Source: Eledone cirrhosa (lineage: Eukaryota). From it: 64,000 nucleotides of DNA. The stretch is from the NCBI GenBank assembly GCA_964016885.1, contig OZ024753.1, positions 33,542,001 to 33,606,000 of the forward strand, written 5' to 3'. Position numbers and translations under genes: made by a program. Within the stretch, counting starts at the first letter, position 1, and every line of letters starts with the position of its first letter. Positions 1 through 14,975 of the stretch are shown here, in pieces. The notes beneath the pieces were generated by a model. That model had not been told where the DNA came from. It saw only the letters and a program-made list of their open reading frames with translations, and searched no databases.

Positions 1-2278
1 ACTTTATTTTATCAACCCCGTAAGGATGAAAGGCAAAGTTAACCTCGACGGGATTTGAACTCAGAATGACATGTAGAATAGATATGTGTTAAGATTTACA
101 GGACAATAGACAAGCAAATTTATACAACTGAGAACAAGTTATATTTAATATTATCCTGAAATATAAAAAATGTTCTAGGCTTGAATTTTTAGTTCTCAAC
201 CAACAGAATACATTGTATTTATTCCAATGAAAATAACCCATAAATGTAAATGGTTGAACAATAACTGTTTCTAGCAAAGCATTATAAGTTCTTAATGTCG
301 TTCCACATACTTGTTCTTACAACTCAATAGGGAAATATTATCAACTTTACACACATTCTTATACCATCAAATATTATGGATTATTTTAAAGGTCTTGTTT
401 TATATTTTATGTATTATATAATTATTTCAAAAATGTGGTTCAATCTTTATTTTTATATTCACCATTCTTATATAATGGTTCTACGATATACTGGGGAATG
501 TTGGATTTGCAGTATTGGTAGAGTGTTTGGCAACAAGATTTGTAGCATAGTGTTATAGTGTCTGGTGGGGGAGCCAATTTAGTCACTGACCACTCGACCA
601 TAAAGCAGGTGGTACTGGGTTACATGGTATCAGTAGCAGGCAAAAGGCTGACCTGATATAATAGTATGTATAATATACAGTCATAGTACACAGGCAAAGT
701 AAACTACATTGTAATAAGTCTAAGTCTAACATGAACTATCAAGTACGATAATTATTAACAAAATATAAAATCCTTCAAAATATTTCATCTAAATGTGTGT
801 CAGATGATTCTATTATTTAGTATTCCTAATCAGTTGTCGTTTATCTCAATTCTTACTTTGGCAAATTTCTTTATTGTTCTCATTCTTTCACTGAACTTGA
901 ACAACGATACTTAATTGACAGAATTATCATCACTGGTATTAACAGTAGAAGAAACTGCATTAATTCATCTCACGTGCATACTAAGGCAATTTTCATATGC
1001 ACTCAACAATCTTGCCCCTATACCTACTTTAATGATATCATTATGATTGCAACTGATAGGAACCTATTGCTATCCTACTTCCCACACACATATGCACACA
1101 CAAACACACACCTATGTATATATATATATTTTCTTCCTCTTCATAGCACTTAAAACTCTTGCCTTCTAGTAAATATTTTGATTATTTTCTCATTATTTCT
1201 CTCTAGATTAATTTTCATACATTTCCCCCCATAAATAAGCAACAACAGAAGTATACAGCTACATATAAGAAGAGTCACTGTAGGCATTAAAACACACACA
1301 CACATAGTCACTGTTATATTGTTCATTAACTTATTTTATTTTTGTAATAATGGTTTATAATTTAGGCACAAGGTCAGTAAATTGGAGAGTGGGGAGTCAA
1401 TTATCTAGACTCAGTACTGGACTGTTAGTTTCATTTATTGACACTGGAAGGAAGACTAAGTAAGCCATACAGAATATTGTGGAAGTAGGAGGCAGTCAAA
1501 GGACTCTGTAAAGTGTATAGGGATAGGAAAGTTATCCAGTTATAGGAAAATTACCAAATAAAGGTTTGGGTAGATTCTTTAGCTATATCAAAGACATCTC
1601 TACCTCCCTAGAGCTGGTATCATGATAAAATGCACTTTGTAGCACCACTCGATCATGAAGCAGGTTGTTCTGCGTTACATTGTACCAGTAGCTGTTAGCA
1701 GCCTGACCAAGTACAATAGTAACATTATGATACTCAATATCAATTTAATATCATTTAACTCTCTATTCCAGTTTCTAAAAACTCAACAACTAATAGAAAT
1801 AGAAAAATCTATACTTTTTTATTTAACTTGTTACTTATCACATTTGATGATCTTCCAACGTATTTCTACATCAAAAGTAATTTGCCAAAACTAAAACAAA
1901 CGGAATGTGTAATTTAATTAATGTACATTACTGAATTTACTGAAATATAAAGTTTCATTTGTTATTTCTTTATATTCCTTATAATTTATTTAAATTAATC
2001 CATCCGAGGCAATTTTACAAGTTGACATTATTTCACGTTACGTATATCATTGATCTCTTTTTCACAGCATTTACATAGATTACATGGAATATTCCCTCAA
2101 ATTCTTTCTATTTTACAAGAAATTAAACATTTTGTTGGCGTTTCTATTTCAACATAATCTTAAATATCTAAAAGGCTACAGTGCTGTTCCACAATATCAG
2201 ATACATTGTCACAGTGAGCGTAAATTACAACTGCTTTGTGATATACAAGGCCTTAGCATGATTAAATTGATGTTTTAA

Positions 2279-2554
2279 CCCTTTAGCATTTAAACCAGCC
2301 GTATCCGACCATGATTCTCTCATCTCTTTCTGTTCAAACTGGCTACAACTAGCTACTCATCATCATCATCGTTTAACATCTATCTTCCATGCTAGCATGG
2401 GTTTAGATGGTACATATTTATGTTAAGGTATTGTTCTCAAAATAAATAATATAAAAATCTCATAGATTCAATATTATTTGGGATAATTATGTGAGGTAAA
2501 GCCTTTACTGGGAAAATACAATAGTAAATATAGAGTAATGTAAATGCTAAAGGG
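2279..2554. mobile_element. piggyBac-type MITE (relatives at ~8850-9030 and ~63168-63342)
   Basis: 14-bp TIR CCCTTTAGCATTTA with TTAA on both sides (2275-2278, 2555-2558). An RTE-tail fragment is nested at ~2358-2410. Confidence 0.8.
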
Positions 2555-2874
2555 TTAAAGCTATAAAATATGAACTACTTTACTACAATATATGGGTCTA
2601 TTCTGTTGTTGTGATGGCATCTCTGGCAGGACTACCTCTTATTAATTCCTTGTTCATATCTTGCAGTAACTCTCTAAGGATTACTTAACTAGATCTTTTA
2701 TGTTCATAACATCTGATGGCATTGCTAATTGTCTGATAATGTAAGACAGTCACAGAAATGCATATGTAATTATGCAGCCTTACAGGAAGATATTGGAATC
2801 CTATATTGGCCTTATGTTTTCATTGAAATATATATATATATATATATATCCTCATCGTTTAACGTCTATCTTCC

Positions 2875-2933
<59 letters not shown>

Positions 2934-3232
2934 CAGTTGATAAAAGGCGGTTGATCACAAATCTGCAGACTTTCTCATAAACAGATGTGAAGCACTCTAC
3001 GGTTTGTATTCCTTAGGATTTTCTCTAAGGTATCACCCAGAGTTTTAGACTTGGCAGCGATGTTAACATCACGTTAAACCAGTAGCATATCAATGGATAG
3101 AAAAACACATCTCAATTCATCTGAAGAAAATGTGGTGGGCGGTTATTATGTAACTACCTTGCATATTTTAAATATGTATAATGGAATTAGATAATAAAAT
3201 GAAGATTACTTATAAAACCGTCTCTCTCATTA

Positions 3233-3384
<152 letters not shown>

Positions 3385-4412
3385 GTCAATCAACTTTTGT
3401 CAAATCGGACCAAGGAAAATGTTTCCGTTAGATAGAATTGGAAAGACTATCAGTCGCAACTCCAGGTAGAAGGAGCAATGTGAAATAAAGTGTCTTGCTC
3501 AAGGACATAACACATTGCCCGGTCCGTGAATCAAACTAACAACCTCCCGATTGCAAATGTGGATGCATGTACACAACAAGAAATTCATCCAGTACCCTAA
3601 TAAAGTTGCCCTTCCACCATTTAAGAGTGTATTTTATCAACCTCAAAACATTAAAAGGTAATATTAAACTTATGGAATATGAATATAGAACACAAAAAGC
3701 TGATTTAATACTGCAAGAAATCTATCCAGCATTCTCATGATTCTACCAGTTCTCTGCCTAAGACTTTATTTATTGATCCTAAAATCATGACAAGCAAATT
3801 TGTACTTTGTTGGTCTTGAACTTAGGACTGAATAGCTGAAATTTTGTTCAGCACCTTAATCTTTTTGTCACATACTTTATCTCTTTCATTGCCATATTTT
3901 TCATCAAAAATTCTACCTATGATTTCCAAATTGTCAAGAATTTGGATGGCTTTAGTAATATATGAGACTAAATTTCTTCTTAAACTGGTGTTTGGAACAT
4001 AACATGTTCTTAAATAAAATTATAATGAAAGATTTTTTAGATAAATATAAATACTTTGAAATAAACAGCTTTATATCATTGAACAAGGGGTGGTTTCAGG
4101 AGGGTTGGTAATGAAGTAAACATTTAAATATCCATATTTCTTGTCCAATCAGATAACTGTATGTCAGAGCTATAATTATTATTGAATACCATGTCTTTTA
4201 AACCAAGCCCAACAGTTTTGTTTTAGAACATTAGTGGGCTTCTTCTTTAACACTCTCATACAAAATATATTTTCTATAAAATATATTTTTAATAAATTTT
4301 GTCTTTTTCGTTACTGAGAATATAGAAGAGCGAGAACACTAATAATAATGTTTTCTATAATAATAGTAATGTCCATATATATGTATATATATATATATAA
4401 ACATTACAGATA

Positions 4413-4537
4413 TTTTGTGAGACACCCTGTATAATATATATATATACATATATTATACAGGGTGTCTCACAAAATGTATACACACTTTGATTACCTGTAC
4501 AGGCAATATTTATTAGAATGCTGTTGAAGACACCCTA
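4413..4537. mobile_element. Tc1/mariner-like MITE ends
   Basis: TA-CAGGGTGTCTCACAAAA termini in inverted arrangement around a TA run; GACACCCTA at ~4529. Confidence 0.5.
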
Positions 4538-4722
4538 TATATATATATATATAATATATATATATATATATTGCAATAGAAGTAGTACCCAGTAAGTAGC
4601 TTTCTTTGGGAGAGTTAAGGAAAACATTACAGGAACATAAAGAAAGATGAATTACTAATAACATTTTTCAGTCAATAATAGACATTTTTGAAATTCATGA
4701 ATATCACATACACATATGTATG

Positions 4723-4758
<36 letters not shown>

Positions 4759-5466
4759 TACACATGCATGCACACTTACACATTGCAAAATTTGATTTGC
4801 TTGTTAGGATATATTCTCAAAATGAACTAAGCTAAAAATATAGACTGGTAATATCAAATAAGGTAGTTAGTGTTTGATATTCACAACAGCAACAACAACA
4901 ACACAAGGACATTTCTTTATTTAAATATTTATTTATTTATTTATTTATTTTGAAAAAAATAATTCTTTGGTTTTATTATTGAAGGTTTTGCAATGGCTCT
5001 TGCAACATATGGTTGCTCAAAACATTAGAAATAGAAGTTTAATTTCTCTTAAATTCCTCTATACTACATACAGAAAAGATGCATTTTATATTTTAGTCAT
5101 AAATATGCCCTAATTCACAAATCTGCAAATTTCTATAAATTTATTTTCATGTCATCCAATTTTACATGTGTGTGTGTGTGTGTTTGAGTGTGTATGTATA
5201 TATGTGTGTGTATGTGTTTGAGTGTGTATGTATATATGCTTATGTATTGGCGTCATTTTATATCTGCATTCCATACTGACATGGGTTGGACAGATTGTTA
5301 CAGCTGGTGATTAGATGGGCCATAATACGGCATCACACTAATTTTTCATGGATGTTCTTAACACCTACCCCTTTACAAACTGTACTTTGTACAGTTTATT
5401 GCAGCACTAATACTTCTGAATTTGCCTTGAATCTAAGACATACACTCTTCTTCATCATCCTCTCTC

Positions 5467-5505
<39 letters not shown>

Positions 5506-5608
5506 GAAATATTTCCATAGGAAAGGTAAAGGAAAAGAGAGTGCTCTATGTAGGCTACAGAGCTTTTTAGTTATGTAATAAACAACATAAGATAATTAAT
5601 TCATTTAC

Positions 5609-5702
5609 CAGTGGTTTCTTGAAGACAGATATTTATATGTCTTCTGACGACTGAAGACATAAATTGTCTTCAAGAAACCACTGCAGTGATAATGAGAGAC
5701 AT
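5609..5702 (+). ncRNA. Degenerate hammerhead inside a small fold-back
   Basis: CTGACGA (5644-5650), stem II TGAAGACA/TGTCTTCA, GAAA, palindrome CACTGCAGTG, TA. Preceded by an inverted copy CAGTGGTTTCTTGAAGACA. Confidence 0.55.
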
Positions 5703-6170
5703 AGACCACTGGAGAGAACTCGTCCATGTATCTCAGGGAATTTTACCTGCCCTAGAAATATATATAGTTGATAAACTTTCATCAACTCAGACCGAGGAAA
5801 CAATGTTTCCATTCGTCTTTCCAATTGCTAATACTATCTATGGGTCGCAACCCCAGGTAGAAGGAGCAATATGAAATAAAGTGTCTTGCTCAAGAACATA
5901 ATGCATCACCCCGTTCAGTAATCGAACTCACATACTCGCGATTGCGAATCCAATTCTCAAACCACTCAGACAAATATATACACAAATATATACACATAAA
6001 ATGTGAATAATTATTTCTACAATAAAATCAACTAAAAGGAGTTAATTTGACACAAATAAGAAAGAATACTATATTTTGTAGGACACTCAATATAGATCAG
6101 TGGTAATTATTTTTCTGAAAAGAGCGACACAAACACATAGATGTGTGCATACACATGAGAAACACACGTT

Positions 6171-6217
<47 letters not shown>

Positions 6218-6463
6218 AGACACACACACAATTATATATACATATACACACACATAAATACACACAATTATATATACATATACACACATAAATACACATG
6301 TATATATATATATATATACACACAGACACAATTATATATACATATACACACACACAATACATATGCACACACACATACATATACACACACACATACATAT
6401 AATACATATACACACACACATACATATAATACATATACACACACACATACATATAATACATAT

Positions 6464-6506
<43 letters not shown>

Positions 6507-6660
6507 TAAAGTAAAATGCACCAAATTTAGTAACAGACACCTGCATGTTAAACGTATTATTGGTTCTCTGGAAATCCAACTTAGAAAGATTCTAAAGTAA
6601 TTGAAACAGCGTTCAATATCATTTCCTATCACTTCCAGGCATTATTTTACTGATATCCAG

Positions 6661-6836
6661 GGCGGTAGATTGGCAGTATCGGTAGAGGGCCGGACGACAT
6701 GCTTTCCAGCATAGTTACATCCCTTTACGAGTTCAAATCCCGCCGAGGTTGACTTTGCCTTTCATCCTTACAGGGTCGATAAAATAAAGTACCAGTAATG
6801 CACTGGGTAATTGCTGGCCTTGTGCCTAAAGTAGAA
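6661..6836 (+). mobile_element. tRNA-derived SINE with CCTTTCATCC..GGGTCGATAAAATAAAGTACCAG core (octopus-type); fragments at 1-66 (-), ~56430-56575 (+), ~57955-58090 (-)
   Basis: A-box-like TGGCAGTATCGG, B-box GAGTTCAAATCC, conserved core. Confidence 0.75.
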
Positions 6837-7699
6837 ACAATTATTTTACTGATAGTGGATTGAATGTTTTAGGACTTTGAACCTCTCTATGTATTATATC
6901 AGATCAAAAATACAATGTCAAACATCATCATCATCATCGTTTAACGTCCCTGTTCCACGCTTGCATGGGTTTGGACGGGAGTTTTCCCACTTGAGGCAAG
7001 AGTGGTTGTCATGCTCGCATAGGACTGTCTGGCGGGTTTTCTACAGCTGGATGCCCTTCCTAACACCAACCACATTTATAGTGTGGGGCTGGGAGGTTTT
7101 TACCGTGTTGCCTACACGGTCACATTACAGCGTGGACTGTGTTTTTTTGTCGTGACACCTACACAATCTCATTTGTTTCGGCCTGGATGTTGGTACCAAC
7201 ATAACTTTACATTGAACATGTAGTTTTGAATGTAACACTAGGATTAAGTCATAGAATAAATTAACTCTTTTGTGGCCATATTTTTAATGAAATACATTGA
7301 ATTTCAATCACTTAATGACATTTCTAAGGATTTACTGAAATTATTAATTCTTTTAATTAACCCTTTTGATACGCCAAGCAATGATATTTGTGTATGTCCA
7401 CCATAAACAATATGTTTCACTGAGCAACTTGCCTATGAATGTCAGTGGTATATAACAATACTTCAAAATAAAGTACAGGATATGCATCAGAAAGGCTTCA
7501 CAATGTAGAAAAACAAAAATATCTGAAAATCTTATCCAGTCCATGCCAGCAAAACAAGTGGCGGTAACAACAGTTAGGATGATAAGAACTTTGTTCGTTT
7601 CACACAAAAGAAGAAGAATTGTCATACCCCAATGAGGGTAATTTATGAGGAAGGAATCAGGTGATTTTTATAATATGAGATTTGTCATTTTGAAAGACA

Positions 7700-7960
7700 G
7701 CCATCATCATCATAGCCATCAAATTTATCAACATCAACATCACTGCCATCACACTGTCATCATCAACATCAAAGTCATCACACCTGCCATCATCATCAGA
7801 GTCAACATCAGAAACATCATCACTGCCATCATCATCATCAGAGTCAACATCAGAAACATCATCACTGCCATCATCATCATCAGAGTCAACATCAGAAACA
7901 TCATCACTGCCATTATCATTTTAATCAGTCATCATTCTCATCACCATCATCAACCTCATA
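7700..7960. repeat. (CAT)n-rich region with three ~42-bp tandem units
   Basis: CATCATCATCAGAGTCAACATCAGAAACATCATCACTGC repeated three times. Confidence 0.85.
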
Positions 7961-9460
7961 TTCATTGTTGTTTCCACCAATATCAATTTATTATTCATTT
8001 TAATCAATGGTATCATGGATTAGGGAGAATTTAATATTATTTGCTATATCCTCGCTCTCTTAAAGTGATTGATAATCACATTTCTTTTGATGATAACTAC
8101 ATAGACTGCTGCTGCTGTTGGTGGTGGTGATTGTGAGTGATGATGGTAGTGATGGTGTTGGTGATGATGATGTAGAGCTGGTGAAAGTGGTGAAGGTGAT
8201 GATGAAGCTAACAAGGATTGTAGAGTTGGTGATAGTGGTGAGGGAATGTGGTGGTGATTATGGTGAAGTTATTTTAGGAGCCAATTTCAATTTCATTAAA
8301 TTTATCTTGAGTTAAAAATTTGCAATTTTTCATAATTTGCTGTTTTGAAATTTTTTTAATTTCTTTTCTATATTTGACACATGTTCAGGTTATGAGGGAA
8401 AATATTAAATTTAATAAATTCTGCTCATTAAAACAAAATATTACTTCTTAGATTATTTAGTTTAAGTTTATTCTTAATATATAAATTGCTTAATCCTTTT
8501 TCTATCAAACTACATGAAAGGGCTACAGGTTTTATGATACAACATTGCATCATAATTTTAGGTAAGCACCTTTGTCATGTTAAATTACAAGCACAAGCTA
8601 AATTATACAAAAGTTAGTTTTATTAACAAATCCCTGCAAATTCTAGATTTTCAAAATGAAATGAAGACCTTGAAATCTGGTAATAAAAGGGTGAAAGCAA
8701 TGATATATAGTGATTGAGGATTAATACAGAAAACAATGTAAATAACAATAGTAAACAGATTTTCAGAGGAGAATGAAATACCAGAGTGGCAGAATATAAT
8801 AAAACATCATTGGGAGGAGAATACTACAGTGGTGAGTTCAAAACATGAACTCTTTAGCATATACATTACTCTATATTTACTATTATATTTCCGTGGTAAA
8901 GTCTTTATCTCACATAATATTGAATCTGAGGTTTTGATACCTTCACATCAGTATGAGTGGCTACTTACAGTCAGAACAGAAAGATGTAAGAGAATTCTAG
9001 CTGGATACAGCTGGTTTAAATGATAAAGGGTTAATCTATCACACCATTGTATACCCCCACTGGGAGCCTCCAGCAGAGTCTTTTCTGTTGTAAACAACCA
9101 GAAAGGTCTCTGCTTTGAAAATAATTTCAAAGTATGGCTTAGACACTGCTGGCTTCCCATTACATCTGAAGCTGATGGAATTATACTTGAGGAGATGGCA
9201 TCACAATCTTCCCATTTCATAGTAATAAATGCTTCATCTAGGACATGACATTCAGTGAAACTTACTGCAGTGGCAACCTCATGCATTGAAAGACAGACCC
9301 AGGTTTTGTTTCTCAACACACTAAACCTTGCAAACCATTGAAGTATCAGCCAGCATATATATATATATATGTTTGTGCATGTGTGTTTATGTACGTGTAT
9401 GTGCATATACATATATATATACACATATACACAAACACACGTATCTATCACTACCTTTTG

Positions 9461-9515
<55 letters not shown>

Positions 9516-10426
9516 AAAAGATAGAGTGATAGATAAATGTGGACTTTCAATCAGATTAATGGAAAGATTAATTCAAAGAGAACTTTATGAGCTGAAGAAT
9601 GTAAATTGCATTCTAAAATGAAATAAATTTGACAATTTAGAATTAAAATAAAAGAAAAGTTGGAATAAATATGGAAAATTTACAAGGTGGGTATTATTCC
9701 GCTTCATATAGCTGGACAGATTTAAAGCTGTATAACCCTATAAGACATTGCCAAACAAAATTGCCTTGCTGGCACATAAAGAAATGCTATGCGTGCATTT
9801 TAACTTAACATGCCTTCATATTTCCAATAATGAGATAAATTGCTTGTATAAAATCCTGAGAGAAAAATGTTGGAAAAAAGCCAACCTGTGACATGTTTAG
9901 TTTACTATAATTAGCAAGAAATTGGAGAGATGGGGTGAAGCTTGGCAGAAAGAGAAATATTGACAGACTAAATGCCTTATGGCATTTAACTTAAAATCTT
10001 TGTATTTCAGTGAGCAAAATCTCATTATATTTGACTTTGATTCTTATCATCCCAGTGAACCCATTCATACAAGTAAGTAAGTGATGTGCAAAGGAGTGTT
10101 TGTGTGGTTAAAACATTTGCTAAAATAACGTGGAACATTGAGCAAGTATGTTTCCCTATCGACCTTGATTAATCAATGTGTTGTGAGTGAAATTTGGTAG
10201 ACAGAAACTGGGGAGAAACCCATTGTGTATGCGTGTGTATATATGTATATATGTATGTGTGTGTATATATGTATATACATAAATGTATGTATGTGTATGT
10301 ATATACCTATATATTTATATTTGAAAAAAAAAAAAGACTTACTTGACTGGTGGCTAGTATGCTTTAATAATCCAATATTAGTAAGCCATGCAATTATGGT
10401 AAATGGCCGATAGACCATGATGTTGA

Positions 10427-10471
<45 letters not shown>

Positions 10472-10697
10472 TTATGTATAGATACGTGAATATATGTATA
10501 TATATATATATATATACATATATATAACAAAGAAAGTGTGGTAAGAAATCAGGTGGACCATAATGCACCAGAGTACTAATACTGGTGGCTTAGTTCGGAT
10601 CTAGCTATTGAAATGACTGGAGCTCAGCCATCAGGGTTCTGACTCTTTTCCTATATGTGTTTGTGTGTGTGCGTGCGTGTGTATATATATATATATG

Positions 10698-10740
<43 letters not shown>

Positions 10741-11651
10741 GTTTATAGGAACAAGTAGGACCCCGACGGCTGAGCTCAAGCCGTTTCGACGGCTAATCCT
10801 AAATATTGAGTACTTTGGTGCGTTATGGTCCATCTGGTTCCTTACCACATTTCCTTCGTTATGTATATGTTTTTATATATATATATATATATATAAATTA
10901 ATAAAATAATGAATAAACAAAGAAACAGTTCCTTATATTAAAAAAAAATTCATCATTTTACGATCGTTTCTAGGATATATATGTGTTAGAGTTGGTATGC
11001 ATATTCTATAGATCTATGTACAATATTGATATTTTGGTAGATTTATCTATATATATATACATACATATATATATATATACATAAGCACCTATACGTTTTA
11101 ATCAGTATCATACTTAATCTCCTCAGATATCATCAATGGCGGAGAAGTAAGAGGAGAAGTAGACACAAAAACCTCTTGATTTCAATTTCTATACAACTTT
11201 GTTATTGTTGTCTCCACTTATCTCAAGGAAGACATTCAAAATAACTACAACTGACAGTTTCCTTTAATGTCACTGATTGCTTATAAAGCTTTATTATACA
11301 CCTATGATATAGAGCTATATAGTTATATTAAACTGCTATACTGATGATGAATGAAACTCATTTTGATCAATGGTCTCATGTTTCTTCTTGTTCTTGTAGT
11401 TGTTTTTTTTATTTATTTTTGATTCTTGCATTGATGATGTGGATGATGATGATGATGATGATGCTTTATTTTGTCTCCATTTTACAATTTTTTATTGTCT
11501 CTTTCTTCTGTTTCTTTAAGTCATCATCTTTATGTAAAGATTTATTTCCGATAGATGTCTGTGGTGGCAGTGTTGGTGGTGGGGGTTTGGAAACAAAGCA
11601 GAAAGAAAAATATAAAATATTTAATGTGTGTGTGCATGTGTATATATATAT

Positions 11652-11695
<44 letters not shown>

Positions 11696-11779
11696 ATATA
11701 TTTATTTATATATTATTTATATATATATTAAAATGGTGATGATGATTATATATATATATGACAAACTGAGATGACAATA

Positions 11780-11946
11780 GAATTCTTTACAACTGTTTCA
11801 AAACATGTTATTCAACTAATGATTAGGATATTACAATGTAGTATAAGTGTGGAGATATGATTATGATATTACAATGTAGTATAAGTGTGGAGATATATAT
11901 TGCAGAAAACAAAGTATTATTAAATATGGCACATCTTCAGAAACAA
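11780..11946 (-). ncRNA. Degenerate long-stem-II hammerhead
   Basis: TTT-CTGAAGA ... GAAA-CAGTTG-TA-AAG, with an internal ~39-bp tandem duplication. Confidence 0.35.
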
Positions 11947-12239
11947 CATAAAATAGTAAATAATAACCTCCTACCCCCCCAAAAAATAAAACTGTACTGT
12001 CAGAAGACTAAATCTTTAATGAAAATATAAACAAGTATTGAAATATATGTAAAGCTATTAAATAGTTTAAATCTATTGTCATATTGTTTTATATGCTCTG
12101 TTATTATATCTTACTTATTTCTTCCATTTTTAAAACAACATCTCTTCTAAATTTCAATCTAATATAAACACATGAAGCTTGAAAATATTAATCGGTAGTA
12201 TTAATTCTTTATGGTTAACACCATATACATTTAAACATT

Positions 12240-12270
<31 letters not shown>

Positions 12271-12837
12271 GCCTAATTACACCTCTCAAAGGCGATGACA
12301 CGCAGTAATACAGAATACCCGACCCTCCACGGGTACAAGCCGAAGCTGAAGCATATAGACAATATGCCCCCACACCCTCCCACTGCAAAGTGGTCATGTA
12401 GGCGCCATGGAAAAAAGCACCTAGCCCTCACTATAAATGAGGTTGGTGTTAGGAAGGGCATCCAGCTGTAGAAATCAAGCCAGAATCAGTTCCCATATGA
12501 GCAAGACAAGGTCAGCCGACTGGACACTGCCCATAACAGGACAACCCGTCTAACCCATGGTAGCGTGGAAGAACGGACGTAAAATGGAGATGATGATGAT
12601 GATGCATACAAAAACATATATATATGCATATATATAAATATTTATATGTGTGTATATATATGTATATATGTATGTGTGTGTGTATGTATATATGAATATG
12701 TATTTATATATACATATATATATGTATGCATATATATATGCATACATATACATATATACACATACATACATATATATATACATACAGATACATATATACA
12801 CATACATACATATATATATACATACAGATACATACAC

Positions 12838-12870
<33 letters not shown>

Positions 12871-13167
12871 TACATACATACATACATACACATATATATA
12901 TATACATATATACATACATATATATACATATACACATATATACATACACATATACACACATACACATATATATATATACACATACATACATATATATATA
13001 TATACATATACACACATACATATATATATACATATGCACACATGTATTTACATTGAGCTATTTTTTCTTACTGATAATAAGGTAGTAATAAATTACTGAA
13101 CTTTCCTATTTATAGTTGTATATAGTGTATACATAACTATAAATAATATTATTATATACACACATAT

Positions 13168-13228
<61 letters not shown>

Positions 13229-13722
13229 CACACATATACACCCTCATTGCTATTGATCTCTTGATAATTAATCTTAATATAAATATTTATACACAACATT
13301 CAAACAAATATATACACTCATGTATGTATACAGTAAAGTATGGAGAAAAAGAGAGAATAAATAAGACGTGTTATATGAATAGATTATCAATAGATAGATG
13401 AAGAATTGAATGGATAAACATAGGTAGCTGAGTAGGTAGAGAGATAGATAGAGGGATGGATAGATAGATACTTTGATAGGAAGAGAGATATAGAATGATA
13501 GATATATGTATGTACAGTCCCCGTCTAAGCAAGGTGCAACAAAGTCACCTATGGTGGGGACATGCCTCCTGGTATGGAAGACCCGCCTAAACCATGCAAG
13601 CGTGGAAGAATTGATGCTAAACCGAAATGAGGATGTAAGGACCTGTAACTCTTGATAGGGTTGTAATGGTCCTATATTGATACACTTCTGAAAACACTGA
13701 TTAAATTATAGGATTAGGCACT

Positions 13723-14066
13723 ATCATCATCATCATCATTTCATTTTACGTCCGCTTTTCCCTGCTTGCAAGGGTGGGACGGGAACTGATTCTGGCTTGA
13801 TTTCTACAGCTGGATGCCCTTCCTAACACCAACCTCATTTACAGTGAGTGGTGGGTGCTTTTTTGCCGTGGCACCTCCACGACCACTTTGCAGTGGTATG
13901 ATAGGGACCCCAGTCCCTATCACCTCATTTCTACAGCAGAGTAAACTGGAGCAATTTGAAATAAAGTGTCTTTCTCAAGGAAACAACACATCCCCCCGTC
14001 TGAGAATTGAACTCACAACCTTTCGATTGCAAGTCCAATGCTCTAGCCACTAAACCATATGCTCTT
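13723..14066 (-). mobile_element. Same SINE family, minus strand
   Basis: Reverse complement of 50472-50801. Confidence 0.85.
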
Positions 14067-14184
14067 TCAATTGTAATGCAGATGCATTAGAATTTGAAAC
14101 TCGAAAATAGTTATATCTTCGACAACTCATGAATAAAAGAAAGGCGGTCCCTCAAATATATGAATGTGCTCATTAAATGAATGC

Positions 14185-14232
<48 letters not shown>

Positions 14233-14530
14233 CAAAAGGTTGTGAGTTCAATTCTCAGACCGGGTGATGTGTTTTTTCCTTGAGCAAGACACTTTATTTC
14301 ACATTGCTCTAGTTTACTTAGCTGTAGAAATGAGATGATAGGCACTGGGATCCATATCATTCCACTGTAAAGTGGTCGTGGAGGTGCCACGGCAAAAAAG
14401 CACCCAGCACTCACTGTAAATGAGGTTGGTGTTAGGAAGGGCATCCAGCTGTAGAAATCAAGCCAAAATCAGTTCCCGTCCCACCCTTGCAAGCAGGGAA
14501 AAAGCGGACGTAAAATGAAATGATGATGAT
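14233..14530 (+). mobile_element. Same SINE family, slightly 5'-truncated
   Basis: Inverted partner of 13723-14066. Confidence 0.85.
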
Positions 14531-14654
14531 ATATATATATATATATCCAAAATTAAAATTAAGGGTTGTCATGTCTGAGAGACATGCGGCATATCCACTG
14601 TAGAATAAGCTCAAACATTAGATCCGAGAATTACATATCAACTAGAAATAGATT

Positions 14655-14698
<44 letters not shown>

Positions 14699-14704
14699 TA
14701 CAAG

Positions 14705-14975
14705 CAAAGAGATATTTAATTTGTTGGTTATTCAACAAATATATTTATAACATATTCGAGGCACTCTACAGATTTTCTGGAGTTTAATATCAATGATATT
14801 AATAAATGGAAACTATATTTATAAAACCATATTTATTTTATTATATATATTTCAAGGGTACCAAAATTTTGTATTTTATCTGATGAGAGCGTACCAAAAT
14901 TTTGGTACCCTTGAAATATATATAATAAAATAAATATGGTTTTATGAATAGAGTTTCCATTTATTAATATCATTG
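14705..14975. mobile_element. Hammerhead-bearing fold-back element with 17-bp TSD
   Basis: Arms ~14788-14870 and 14896-14978; tail 14705-14787; TSD ATATATATGCATACAAG at 14688-14704 and 14976-14992. A truncated relative lies at 54676-54748. Confidence 0.8.
14872..14932 (+). ncRNA. Type I minimal hammerhead ribozyme
   Basis: Stem I TATTTTAT/ATAAAATA, core CTGATGA (14880-14886), stem II GAGCGTACC../GGTACCCTT, GAAA (14913-14916), palindromic stem III TATATA, UA cleavage site. Confidence 0.8.

Noticed and set aside
780-2260. Possible further host exons in non-repetitive-looking DNA
   Set aside because: Frames tested by eye were interrupted by stops and splice phases could not be linked.
2992-3052. 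Possible minus-strand hammerhead remnant
   Set aside because: Both core halves are mutated; only a hairpin remains.
7645-8034. His/Ile-rich 129-aa ORF
   Set aside because: Product of (CAT)n repeats.
8948-9550. 200-aa minus-strand ORF
   Set aside because: Starts in microsatellite, ends in a MITE, no recognisable domain.
11341-11365. CTGATGA-TGAAT-GAAAC hammerhead-like string
   Set aside because: No stem II or stem I pairing; lies in GAT-rich sequence.
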